The translations under genes and the position numbers were made by a program. Below the pieces are notes generated by a model. It ran no database searches. It was not told the origin of the DNA and saw only the letters and a list, made by a program, of their open reading frames with translations. A stretch of DNA of 64,000 bases, from NCBI GenBank assembly GCA_002633005.1, contig NMRA01000033.1:1-64000 (forward strand). The letters run 5' to 3'. Positions 1 to 11,800 of the stretch are shown here, piece after piece; the stretch's first letter is position 1; the number at the start of each line of letters is the position of its first letter. The DNA comes from Phoronis australis. Taxonomy: Eukaryota > Animalia > Phoronida.

Positions 1-231
1 AGACAGAAATATCAATTCTGTCATATCATCACATAACACGATGCTGGTGTTGAACACTACCGTTGATGTATTGCCAGCAATCAAACTTGAGACTAACATT
101 CATGCAACCGAACGGTAGTGACAAACTCGCTCTCAAAAATCTTTTTTGAGTATTTCCGAATCGCTAATTATAATGCAAGTTGTTAAGCAACCCTTACACA
201 CATAAACAGCCAGTCATACAGTGTAACGTAC

Positions 232-540
232 CTCCACATGCTTCTACTTCCGGACTGGAGTTCCCAAGCAGACCACCTGCAACCTGTATCCCTATTCTCA
301 CCAAGTACACGTGACTGACGTCAGTGTTGGAGATATTGTAAGTGAACGTGGTCTGATTTGCCACGTTAGTAACTTTTTCGGAAGTCCAAAACCCACCACC
401 ATTTTGTCTATACTCAACAATGTATTTTTCAATGAGTCCGACGCCATGATCTGTTCCATTCCGCCAGGCGGTCCATAGGAAAGATATCGTTTGCCCTGAT
501 CTCGACATAATTACTGCAGGGTCTTTGAGTCTGGCAATTT
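232..540 (-). CDS. Internal exon (309 nt, phase 1-1) encoding a fibronectin type III domain of a Tie/angiopoietin-receptor-like protein
   Basis: Acceptor ttatAG at 542-541 and donor GAG|GTACGT after 232. Open frame xIARLKDPAVIMSRSGQTISFLWTAWRNGTDHGVGLIEKYIVEYRQ...YLVRIGIQVAGGLLGNSSPEVEACG shows the FN3 W...Y.V.Y...Y.V pattern. Confidence 0.85.
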
Positions 541-671
541 CTATAACATAAATTGAAAGGATACACTAATTCGACTATATGTTACTGGAGCGACAACTGC
601 TGAGCGATTTCAGANCAAGTTGTTAAGCAACCCTTACACACATAAACAGCCAGTCATACAGTGTAACGTAC

Positions 672-980
672 CTCCACATGCTTCTACTTCCGGACTGGAG
701 TTCCCAAGCAGACCACCTGCAACCTGTATCCCTATTCTCACCAAGTACACGTGACTGACGTCAGTGTTGGAGATATTGTAAGTGAACGTGGTCTGATTTG
801 CCACGTTAGTAACTTTTTTGGAAGTCCAAAACCCACCACCATTTTGTCTATACTCAACAATGTATTTTTCAATTAGTCCGACGCCATGATCTGTTCCATT
901 CCGCCAGGCGGTCCATAGGAAAGATATCGTTTGCCCTGATCTCGACATAATTACTGCAGGGTCTTTGAGTCTGGCAATTT
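672..980 (-). CDS. Second copy of the FN3 exon (probably the other allele, duplicated by the assembly)
   Basis: Offset 440 from 232-540 with the same splice sites. Two substitutions seen (E>K and one synonymous). The copies are separated by a single N at 615. Confidence 0.6.
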
Positions 981-1081
981 CTATAACATAAATTGAAAGG
1001 ATACACTAATTCGACTATATGTTACTGGAGCGACAACTGCTGAGCGATTTCAGAAAGATGTGAACATTCAGAATTCGGCAC

Positions 1082-1233
1082 CAGGGCTGAGTTGTATAAA
1101 ACTTCAAAATTATGCGGCTAAGTTTGATTGTTGCATGACGACAGGTGCATCGTTCAACAATAACAAGGTGACACGTGATAATGCGACGTCATTGCTTTTA
1201 TACGGCTTATAACTTTTATGCAACTGGGTCCAG
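1082..1233. mobile_element. Short MITE-like element
   Basis: Imperfect terminal inverted repeats: agttgtataaaa ... ttttatgcaact. Confidence 0.4.
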
Positions 1234-2018
1234 GCCTACTTATACGCAGTAGGATATACATTGACAGTATTCTAAAGATAATCTTTTCTTTTCGAACAGT
1301 ACTGCGTGGCAGATTACTCATTCCTCAAATGGACGTAAGTTATCTCTCCATAACGCGAATGCAGGGAATAACGGTTTTATTTAAAAGTTGGTATGCTTCC
1401 ACGTTTTTAAATGAAGCTGGAGGTCGTGTGTAAAGGAACGTGGTTGCTATGGACGCATGCACACGGAATATCCTTGGCAGAAGCAAATTGCCTTGCCCGG
1501 CTAAAAAACCGGCATGTTACTGGTACGTCAGGACATTTTGGAATTTATAAGTTATTGGCAGGACAATTTGAATACCGACTTGCGAGTTTTTTTTAACTAA
1601 TAACAGCGCACTCTAATCGCGTCAAATTCCTTTTTTGAATTGTTGCTACATCTGTATTTAACGCAGATGAAAAACTTATACAACACTGACCAAGCAAGGT
1701 ATTGTATAAATCCGCGTTTTGAAAAAAATGCCGAGAAACTAAATGTTTGAAATATCAGCATGAAATACACCAAGCTTTGAAAAAAGAGCTTTATATCATT
1801 TACTAAATCCTGCAAATGGAAAATGCAACACAATATAAAACATCAACCCTGGCACCCGGGTACCTCAAAAAACTAAAACTGATATCTAAATTGGTATTCG
1901 CTGTAAGTGTACTTCCTGGGACCCAAAAGATTGTCCTGAAGAATTAAAAAGGGGATTGCCGTGCGTTCAAGTAAACTATAAGTTGTATCTAGGAGGTACA
2001 CACTTTATATTTACCAAC

Positions 2019-2159
2019 CTAATTTGCAGTGAGGGAAAATCATGTACCCTGGACAACATGCATTTGGACAGTGACCGGTATACGGACTACAGGTGGCATT
2101 GTTGTTGCAACGACCGCAGGTCTGCTGACAATCAGCACCGTAGTAGCCATATGGACAAT
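2019..2159 (-). CDS. Internal exon (141 nt, phase 1-1) encoding a Tie-type EGF-like repeat (EGF3-like)
   Basis: Acceptor tttcAG (2161-2160) and donor TAG|GTTGGT. Translation xCPYGYYGADCQQTCGRCNNNATCSPYTGHCPNACCPGYMIFPHCKL. Not in the ORF track. Confidence 0.88.
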
Positions 2160-2375
2160 CTGAAACAGATCAAGTTGGAGAGGGACATACAGATTGAGAT
2201 GAGTTCANAGGTACCTCAAAAAACTAAAACTGATATCTAAATTGGTATTCGCTGTAAGTGTACATGTACTTCCTGGGACCCAAAATATTGTCCTGAAGAA
2301 TTAAAAAGGGGATTGCCGTGCGTTCAAGTAAACTATAAGTTGTAACTAGGAGGTACACACTTTATATTTACCAAC

Positions 2376-2516
2376 CTAATTTGCAGCGAGGGAAAGTCAT
2401 GTACCCTGGACAACATGCATTTGGACAGTGACCGGTATACGGACTACAGGTGGCATTGTTGTTGCAATGACCGCAGGTCTGCTGACAATCAGCACCGTAG
2501 TAGCCATAAGGACAAT
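2376..2516 (-). CDS. Second copy of the EGF3-like exon (probable allele)
   Basis: Same splice sites; xCPYGYYGADCQQTCGHCNNNATCSPYTGHCPNACCPGYMTFPRCKL. Four substitutions relative to 2019-2159; the copies are separated by a single N at 2208. Confidence 0.6.
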
Positions 2517-3649
2517 CTGAAACAGATCAAGTTGGAGAGGGACATACAGATTGAGATGAGTTCATGTCTACTTTGAAAGTTTCGGTGGTGAAGTCGAGTG
2601 TAACAACCGCCATACAGTGTTTGAAATTCATTACCTTCCCCAAATTCAAAATGCCTATAAGCTGTGCTGAACCTAAAAACACACTTTTCTGGTGAAGCTT
2701 GCCGTGACAATATTGAAAGTCCAAGGAACTTTTGGTTACGGGAAGTCACCGATAATTTTGGGAGATGACCACTCTAACGTCAGCGGAAGAGGTATGGGCG
2801 CTATTTGTGGGCGGCAACTCAGAACAAACACCAACCAAGGTCAGATGAATGTGACCTAATCGCAACGGGACTTTGCTTGAAAGTTCATCACGTTTTAGCA
2901 ATCTTTGAAATAAATGTCCTCCAAGGACCTTTGTTCTGGGGAATCGCTGAACCCTGTCTTATTGAAATGCACGTTAAAGTGTAAATAGTGCACGGTGCTT
3001 AGTGTAACACCTAATCGCCAAATCCGACTTCAGAAAAACCCCGGTTAACCAAACTGGTCGTCAGGACAAATTTGTAATTTGTCGACAAAAGTAGCGTCGT
3101 GCCGTACTCCATTTCCATGACATATACATATATGTAGCTCTTCCACTTCTTAAATGTGCACCATTCCTTTCGATCCTTACAGTAACTTACATGCTCACTC
3201 AACTGCTAAAGAAGAACGCAGACGAGAAGACGGTGCCAAGTTTTCGGCACAAAAATTCGACTTCCGTCTGGTTACTTCGTTTTTTACTTTAGGTATGTTT
3301 GGTGTGTATTGACGGCTGAGGGTGGCAAATGCATTGATCTTGCAAAAATAAACATTTTTAATCTAAAAGAATTGAATCTAGGGAAAATTTAAGTAGAAGT
3401 GGAGACAAATTTTTAAACGAATTTCAGTATAATTATTGCATGACTATAATACTCTCTATGACGATATCTTGGTGACTTTGTACTTTCCGGGTCGCCGAAC
3501 ATAATCATAAGTTGTTTTGGAAACCAGCAGATCGCCTCATCGACCACTGGTAGAGTTTAATACCAGTATTGCGAAGACAAAACAAGCCAAGACCACGTGC
3601 ACTCATTGAAAATACGCGGGGATACTTTGAGGAGTCTCAAGATACCTGT

Positions 3650-4030
3650 TTTGTCTAGTTAGAGACTAGCAGTACTGAACACCCCCTATGCCTGTTCTTG
3701 GAAATCACCAATCCTAGTAGAAGGTTAATTGAGATGATTTTAGACAAGTAAGCAGTGGTTTTTGGGTACGCTATATTTGAACAGTGATTTGGAACAACAT
3801 CTGTGTCAGAAGGGTGTTGAATAATTGCCTTGGTGTGAGAATTTGAGGATCCGTCGTCATTTACTCTCACCTCATGTAGAAGCTTTATACATTGTATATC
3901 TTGGTGAGCTCTGACTTTGAAGAGCACACATTCTGTTGTGGACTTGTTGTGGAACATCGCTAAAACCCCAGCGTGCTGGGTCAGAAATGCAACTTAGGAA
4001 GCCCATACTTGCTCTTGGAAATCACCGATT
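3650..4030 (-). mobile_element. Degenerate Academ-like transposase fragment (XPG/PIN-like region)
   Basis: ORF 3655..3957 contains ..AHQDIQCIKLLHE...AIIQHPSDTDVV, resembling the H-E-A-D..LH...S.DTDV motif of Academ transposases. No termini identified. Confidence 0.4.
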
Positions 4031-4683
4031 CTTCTGGGCAGAAGGTTTAGTTGGTTTAGATNNNNNNNNNNNNNNNNNNNNNNNNNNNNNNNNNNNNNNN
4101 NNNNNNNNNNNNNNNNNNNNNNNNNNNNNNNNNNNNNNNNNNNNNNNNNNNNNNNNNNNNNNNNNNNNNNNNNNNNNNNNNNNNNNNNNNNNNNNNNNNN
4201 NNNNNNNNNNNNNNNNNNNNNNNNNNNNNNNNNNNNNNNNNNNNNNNNNNNNNNNNNNNNNNNNNNNNNNNNNNNNNNNNNNNNNNNNNNNNNNNNNNNN
4301 NNNNNNNNNNNNNNNNNNNNNNNNNNNNNNNNNNNNNNNNNNNNNNNNNNNNNNNNNNNNNNNNNNNNNNNNNNNNNNNNNNNNNNNNNNNNNNNNNNNN
4401 NNNNNNNNNNNNNNNNNNNNNNNNNNNNNNNNNNNNNNNNNNNNNGGGGGGGGGCGAGAGCGACCCCTTTCAATATCTGGAGAACAATTGCACGTGATCA
4501 TCATAAAACCTGTTCCATTTTTAATCATGACCAGAGTTGCTCCCTACATCAATGAGGAATTTGTGAAAGTTATTGCAAATAGCTCAGAAATCATTTGCAA
4601 AGACGTGTAATTATTAAATTTCCACGTAGTTCCAGATTCTGTTACAAACGCACGGTGGGGACTATGATGAAACATTGTCACAG

Positions 4684-4934
4684 CATGCGCACACCCACCC
4701 TTTAATATGGGGGGCTCGAATCTCTGACAAGGTGGGCCTTTTGCTAACAAAAAAGCGAGAGGACAAAAAACGGGGTACCTCCTTCAGGTCTGTGAACTGT
4801 GCCTCTGCGCCTTTTTAGTGGACTTTTGTCTCGTTTCCTCGGGCTTTTTGTTTCTGTGAGGAAGACTTTTTTACCCACTTCGCCAAATGGGGGGGTCAAT
4901 CGAGCCCCCTGAGCTCCCCCTGGGTGCGCGCATG
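4684..4934. mobile_element. ~250-bp MITE family A (CATGCGCGCACCCA-type termini), copy 1
   Basis: TIRs catgcgcacaccc / gggtgcgcgcatg. Homologous copies at 13887-14150, 15745-15894 (partial) and 37794-38038 (inverted). Confidence 0.75.
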
Positions 4935-5267
4935 CGCAGTCATTATGAACATACACAATTGCCAGTAAGCTGTGAATGTAATGCATGCTCAGAATGTTTT
5001 CCACAACTCCGTTATTTTAGGGATGCAAGGTTTCACTTGACACAAATGCTATAAAGTAGATGAAGTTACTAGTTATATAGCTTGGGCTCAGGTATATTTG
5101 ATAAAACAAAACCAACTAGTCAAGCCTTGGTTTTTATGCTTGAAGTAGATCTTATCACTCTCTAATGTGTTTCAATTGGAAACATTGGCCAGCATGTTGC
5201 TTCCTGCAGTGCAGTGAATCTTTGACTTAGAACTTGACGTTTTAAATTGTGTAGCGAATGGGTTTAC

Positions 5268-5399
5268 CTGTAGAACAAATTGATCCCGTAAACCCAGGTG
5301 GGCAGATGCACTCTCCGGTTATGTCGTGACAAATGCCTCCATTCTCACAACGTGGACAATCGCCAGTGCAATTTGCGCCATATTTACCACTTGAACATA
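5268..5399 (-). CDS. Internal exon (132 nt, phase 1-1) encoding a Tie-type EGF1 repeat
   Basis: Acceptor ttgtAG (5401-5400) and donor CAG|GTAAAC. Translation xCSSGKYGANCTGDCPRCENGGICHDITGECICPPGFTGSICST closely follows the Tie1/Tie2 EGF1 pattern C..NGGvCH..TGECICPPGF.G..C. Not in the ORF track. Confidence 0.9.
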
Positions 5400-5508
5400 C
5401 TACAATGACAAAAACTATAACTTGATCAAGGACTTCGAGACACGTACCAGGCAGCTAGCTGCTCCAGGTTATTATTTCACACTGCAACCTAGCTTGGCTC
5501 CGTAGGCT

Positions 5509-8500
5509 CCGTAACATATCAGGTCATATGCCATGTTTATTTTGGCGCAACTCGGGGCCGTAGGAAGTGGGGGGTCGGGGCGGCTCGTGCACCCCCAAAA
5601 TATGCGGGGTAAAGGTTAAAACATCAAAACCGACATAGGCCTGTGGCCGGAGACAGTCGAGAAAAGAAACACTACGATTGCGGATAAGAGAGAAAATTTA
5701 AAAAAATTCTTGACAACTCAATATCAGTGCATGGTTTACCCTTTGAGGGCCCTGGCCAGGACTTTTCTGTCAGGGTCTCCATTTTGCTGCATACATGTAG
5801 GTAGTCTAAAGGCACTTGAAAACGTGCACTTTATCATTCATACGTTTATTTTCACAAATCGAGAAAATTTGTAATGCGAATCTTTTGAAGAGTATAACAA
5901 TTCGAAGGATTTTTAAATTCGATGAGAAAGGTTTGCAAATGCAAAGTACATCATATTTTCCAGAGGCCCTTCTCAAGCAAGTGACAACAAAGACAAACTT
6001 TGCACTCTATTTTTAGTGTTTTTCTTTCTCTATATTGCGTATCACTTGAGACGATTGATGGCGTGGCAGATAACATCAATTGCGACGCAATTCCTAACTT
6101 TTGAAAATAACATGTAGATCTTTTTATACTTAGGGGCACAGTTTTTGAAGAGGACCATTGATGACATTCAAGTGGCCACCTTTTTCGTGTTTTGATTTGC
6201 AAATTCTTAAGCAGCCGCTAACAAATAGAGGGCTCAATATTGGGATCGACTGTCTGTATTTTACTGTTTTTTGTGAAATCTTACAACCGGCTTTCAGGAT
6301 GAGGAAAGTCACTTCTTGAAACTTTACCCTAAAATGGAATGAACTGTCACTCTAACCGTGCACAACACAGAAATATCAATACATTAGACCCAAACAACCA
6401 AAACTGTGAAAAATAGGACTGACCACCATCAAAAAGTTCAAATTTCGAAGAACGTGAAGATGACAATTTGTGAATTACACAAAAATGCTACTTCCGATGG
6501 TTATTTAAAATCACTAGTACAATTTTTCAATATTATCACAAGAAGAGTATGTTTTAAGGTCGTTACTGGGAGCTGTTTGTAATGTATTTACAAATGTCGA
6601 AAAGACTGGGGGATACGATTTATGATGACCGTGTACATTGTTCTACGGGGGTACTAAAAATACTCGCATTAATAAACAAATATTTCAGAGTTTTCTTTTT
6701 GGAGTTCAAGTTAAACTTGTGAAGCGTTATAGGTACATGTACCTCGGAAATGAGCAAAAATACACCTTATTATGAATGTCCCTTCTACCATGTTCCCGGG
6801 TTACCCGTCAAAAATCTGCGATCGTGCCTGCGGAAATTGCTTACAACATTTTGTTGGTTTCCGATTTACGTTTGGGTATTTACGAAAACCGACAGAAGCA
6901 AACATTTTCAAGAACTCAATAATCAGATCCCAAAATAGTAAAGTGCACTTGTACGCTTCTTGCCTATCTAAAATAACTCCCAAGGATATTGACGAAATTT
7001 GGACAATTCCCAAAAAACTACTCAAAATTCAAATGACAATAAATGTATTTCTTTTTGACTTCGGTACGAGTAAGAATGGGTCTAGGGCTATCGCACTGAC
7101 GGGTAGCTGGGTTCCAACAGTGAAATCTCTGGTCAGCTCAGCTATGATAATTTTGAGACAGGTTACTTAGACAGTTCTTCTCTGCTGGATAGTAGTATAG
7201 TAAGAGGTTTAGGAGTTTTATTTCAGCGGCTCATCGATCAAAGGCCATCGATGCGAAAGGAAAAGGTCAAAGGTCACGTGGGATAACTGAAATCGGAAGG
7301 AACACCATCTGCTTACGGGAAAGATGTGTCAATGACGTTACACTTCATGACGTTATAGGTTTAATTAGCCCCGGTATGGAGGCACCTCGATGGGTTCGTG
7401 GATAGTTGTTGCGGCTCCTGGCAACGGAATGAGAACCGAAACAAAAGAGAGATTACGCTACTGAATAAGAACAAAAGGGATCTTATTTCGTGTTCGCCAA
7501 GTGCCGTCGCACCCTATCATCTTTCTACAGCAGGGCGTGCGTTCAGTAGACGCTAGGACCTACGGTAGGACCTAGCTAAGACCTAGTCAAAGTCACGTGT
7601 TCTCATTTAAAATAAACGACAATATCTCAAGTAATCTCGCGAAGTCTTGCTTTTTAGCGAGGTCCTAGCGTTACTGAACGGGAGGCAGATGTCGCTTATA
7701 AAACATGAAAGACGATAACCAACCAACTCAACAACAGGTGTCGCGTAAAGTCTAACCCAGGACCCGACGGTACTAAGCAAATCATAATAAGATGCGACCA
7801 GCTAAAACAGAACATAAAGCTGATATGGTTTAAACGTGTGTTAATGACAAAGAACGAATACACTACAAAAATTATCAAGACGTTCAGAGTTCGTGAAAGT
7901 AGTCTCTAGCGAATTATCTAAAGTCCGAATTAAATGTTCAAAGGTCCAGTGGTGACGNCCGTAACATATCAGGTCATATGCCATGTTTATTTTGGCGCAA
8001 CTCGGGGCCGTAGGAAGTGGGGGGTCGGGGCGGCTGGTGCACCCCCAAAATATGCGGGGTAAAGGTTAAAACATCAAAACCGACATAGGCCTGTGACCGG
8101 AGACAGTCGAGAAAAGAAACACTACGATTGCGGATAAGAGAGAAAATTTAAAAAAATTCGTGACAACTCAATATCAGTGCATGGTTTACCCTTTGAGGGC
8201 CCTGGCCAGGACTTTTCTGTCAAGGTCTCCATTTTGCTGCATACATGTAGGTAGTCTAAAGGCACTTGAAAACGTGCACTTTATCATTCATACGTGTATT
8301 TTGACAAATCGAGAAAATTTGTAATGCGAATCTTTTGAAGAGTATAACAATTCGAAGGATTTTTAAATTCGATGAGAAAGGTTTGCAAATGCAAAGTACA
8401 TCATATTTTCCAGAGGCCCTTCTCAAGCAAGTGACAACAAAGACAAACTTTGCACTCTATTTTTAGTGTTTTTCTTTCTCTATATTGCGTATCACTTGAG

Positions 8501-8856
8501 ACGATTGATGGCGTGGCAGATAACATCAATTGCGACGCAATTCCTAACTTTTGAAAATAACATGTAGATCTTTTTATACTTAGGGGCACAGTTTTTGAAG
8601 AGGACCATTGATGACATTCAAGTGGCCACCTTTTTCGTGTTTTGATTTGCAAATTCTTAAGCAGCCGCTAACAAATAGAGGGCTCAATATTGGGATCGAC
8701 TGTCTGTATTTTACTGTTTTTGTGAAATCTTACAACCGGCTTTCAGGATGAGGAAAGTCACTTCTTGAAACTTTACCCTAAAATGGAATGAACTGTCACT
8801 CTAACCGTGCACAACACAGAAATATCAATACATTAGACCCAAACAACCAAAACTGT
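5509..8856. repeat. ~900-bp near-identical direct duplication 5509-6407 / 7959-8856; the second copy starts at a single N
   Basis: Direct comparison (explains the identical ORFs 5951..6202 and 8401..8652); N at 7958. Confidence 0.93.
7539..7682. mobile_element. Short MITE
   Basis: TIRs cgttcagtagacgctaggacc / ggtcctagcgttactgaacg. A similar end starts near 63940. Confidence 0.55.
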
Positions 8857-11800
8857 TGAGATTCCAAAGTCATCAAAAAACACAAAAGAACCGTGCACAG
8901 CACAGCAGCATCAAAACTTTCTACCCAAAAAAAACAAAAATGTAAAAATACAATAGGATTGACCACCATCAAAAAGTTTGAATTTTGAAGAATGTGAAGA
9001 TCACTATTTGTGAATTACACAAAGAGGCTACTTCTGATGGTTGGTTATAAATAATGTTATATTTTCCCAATAGTATCACAAGAATAGTATTTCTTTTGAA
9101 GGTTTTTACTAGGAACTGTTGGTAACAAATTCACAAATGTCGAAAAGACTGGGGGCTACGATTTATGATGACCGTGTACATGTCGAACGGGGGTGCTCAA
9201 AATACTCGCAATAATAAACAAATATTTCAGCTTGTTTTTTTTTTGAGTTCAAGTTAAACTCGTGAACCGTTATAGGTATCTCGGAAATGAGCAAAATGCA
9301 CCTTAATATGAATGCTCCATCTCCCATGTTCCCCGGGTTACCCGTCAAAAGTCTGCGATCATGCGAGCCGAAATTGCTTATAACATTCCGTTTTGATAAA
9401 CAAATTGGTTGGTTTCTGATTTACTTGTTTATTTATCAACGAAAACCGGCCGGTTAATAGGTGATTTTTGACAATTAGGATCAATACTTCAAGGAACTTA
9501 GTTGCAAGCACACATTGGGAAAATTCGATCTATCGTCAGATCCCCAAATATAAAAGTACACTAAACGATTTGATTTGTCTATCTGGAAGAATTCCCAAAG
9601 ATATTGATGAATGTCGGACAGCTCTACAAAGTGTGCTGAAATTTCTCACAATTCAAATGACAATGAATTGTTTATTGACTTAAGAAGTAGATTAGTGGGT
9701 TTAATTTCACAAACCGCAGATCGAAGAAGTTTAAGTATTTAAATGAATAAAATTAAACTTATTGCTCATCAACTGAGACAAGTTCTCTTTGCAATTCCTT
9801 GATGTTAGTTTCGAATAGTATTGCGCAATGATTTTTTCTTCAAAACTGAATCATTTGCTTTCCATTCCTGTGCATACTACACACTCGGAGCACGTCATGA
9901 CTGACGCACCAAAGATAAAAATAAGGTATAACTATGCAGGGAGCCTGCGCAGAATCTCAGTGATCCAAGGGAGCTGAATATTATTTGAACTCCAGGCGTT
10001 GAAGTGTGTACATTTTGGGACACACTCTGTATCATTTCCCCCCAGCCTCAAGAAAGTGGACTACCGACTGTGTTTCATCAAGTGATGTTGAAACGGCCAC
10101 AAAGGCACTCATATCAAGGACCTCGGGACCTCACCTTTTCAAAAAATCCTTCAAAGAATGGCCATGATAAAATGAACTTTTCCCGAAAATAATAAAACGA
10201 GTCTTGACCTTAGAGCTAGCGCAAATGGATAGGTACGAGCAAAGCCTGTTTCAAGTGAATCATAGTTGACCAGACCAGCGACTAGCTCTAGATCATTGAA
10301 TCCACTGTTGGATCCCAGTTACTCAAATACCGATGGATACATCTTATGTATTACCCCTCAACCCACCTATGGCGGACGAGAGGGGTCGGTACTGGTGACA
10401 TCCAGAGAACGGGGCGGAGGGGAGGGGGGGGGGTGACGATAGGAAGAGAGGTGGGCCGGCGAAGTCGAATTGGTTTGTACCCCNNNNNNNNNNNNNNNNN
10501 NNNNNNNNNNNNNNNNNNNNNNNNNNNNNNNNNNNNNNNNNNNNNNNNNNNNNNNNNNNNNNNNNNNNNNNNNNNNNNNNNNNNNNNNNNNNNNNNNNNN
10601 NNNNNNNNNNNNNNNNNNNNNNNNNNNNNNNNNNNNNNNNNNNNNNNNNNNNNNNNNNNNNNNNNNNNNNNNNNNNNNNNNNNNNNNNNNNNNNNNNNNN
10701 NNNNNNNNNNNNNNNNNNNNNNNNNNNNNNNNNNNNNNNNNNNNNNNNNNNNNNNNNNNNNNNNNNNNNNNNNNNNNNNNNNNNNNNNNNNNNNNNNNNN
10801 NNNNNNNNNNNNNNNNNNNNNNNNNNNNNNNNNNNNNNNNNNNNNNNNNNNNNNNNNNNNNNNNNNNNNNNNNNNNNNNNNNNNNNNNNNNNNNNNNNNN
10901 NNNNNNNNNNNNNNNNNNNNNNNNNNNNNNNNNNNNNNNNNNNNNNNNNNNNNNNNNNNNNNNNNNNNNNNNNNNNNNNNNNNNNNNNNNNNNNNNNNNN
11001 NNNNNNNNNNNNNNNNNNNNNNNNNNNNNNNNNNNNNNNNNNNNNNNNNNNNNNNNNNNNNNNNNNNNNNNNNNNNNATAACCGTGTTTACGCTCGTCGT
11101 TTTACGTGATAGGCGTAAAGCGTAATTTACGAGCGTAATTTTAAGGGCATACAACTTTTTAGAGCTTACAATGACCTGCAACCTAATCTCTCATTGGACA
11201 AAACGATTACGCTCGTAAAACACAGACGTGAAAAGTGTTTGTACGCCCGTAATTTACGAGCGTTATTTCCGGGTTACCCTTCCCCCAAGCGGCCAACAAT
11301 AAGCGTTTACAAAGCGGCACTAAACCCATGCTTTCTGTCAAAAACTATCCTCTGATGTAGACCACTGACCAGTGGCAGATTTAAGGGGGGGGGGGGCGGC
11401 GGCAAGGGGGCAATGGCCCCTGATCCCATTCGGCAGTTCGGGGGTGGAGTGCCTCAAATAGCTATAGCTGCAGAGATCTAACAGTGTGAAAATAAGAAAT
11501 TCCCCATGAACTAAAACTAGTTGTTGGTCAGCTCAGCTATGATTCACTTGAGACAGGTAACTCGTACCGGTCGTCTGCGCTCGCTCTAATGTCAATATTC
11601 GATAGTTTTATAGTGATCCAGCTTCGGGAAAACTTTATTTTATTAGGGTCATTCTTTGATGGATTTAATTTGAAAAGGTGAGGTCCCGAAGCCCCTGGTA
11701 TAGTGCCTTTGGGGCTGTTTCAAAATGCCTTGTTGAAATACAACCGGTAGTCCAATTTCTGGTGAATAGGGAAAAGGATAGTGTGTCCCATAGATGCACA

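Larger units (their letters stand above)
176..1054. repeat. Near-identical direct duplication 176-614 / 616-1054 joined by a single N
   Basis: Direct comparison of the two copies; the junction is an N at 615. Confidence 0.95.
1859..2564. repeat. Near-identical direct duplication 1859-2207 / 2210-2564 joined by a single N
   Basis: Direct comparison: several SNPs and a 6-bp indel; N at 2208. Confidence 0.95.

Noticed and set aside
194-948. ORFs 194..508 and 634..948 as complete 104-aa genes
   Set aside because: They are internal exons: the frame is open to an acceptor upstream of the Met, and the C-terminal TLHCMTGCLCV is intron read-through past a GT donor.
3936-4610. Long ORFs spanning the first gap
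   Set aside because: Their length comes from translated Ns.
5951-8652. Identical 83-aa ORFs (5951..6202, 8401..8652) as a duplicated gene
   Set aside because: Chance ORF within duplicated repeat sequence, with no domain features.
10346-11181. Long ORFs spanning the second gap
   Set aside because: Their length comes from translated Ns; the flanks are low-complexity or repeat sequence.
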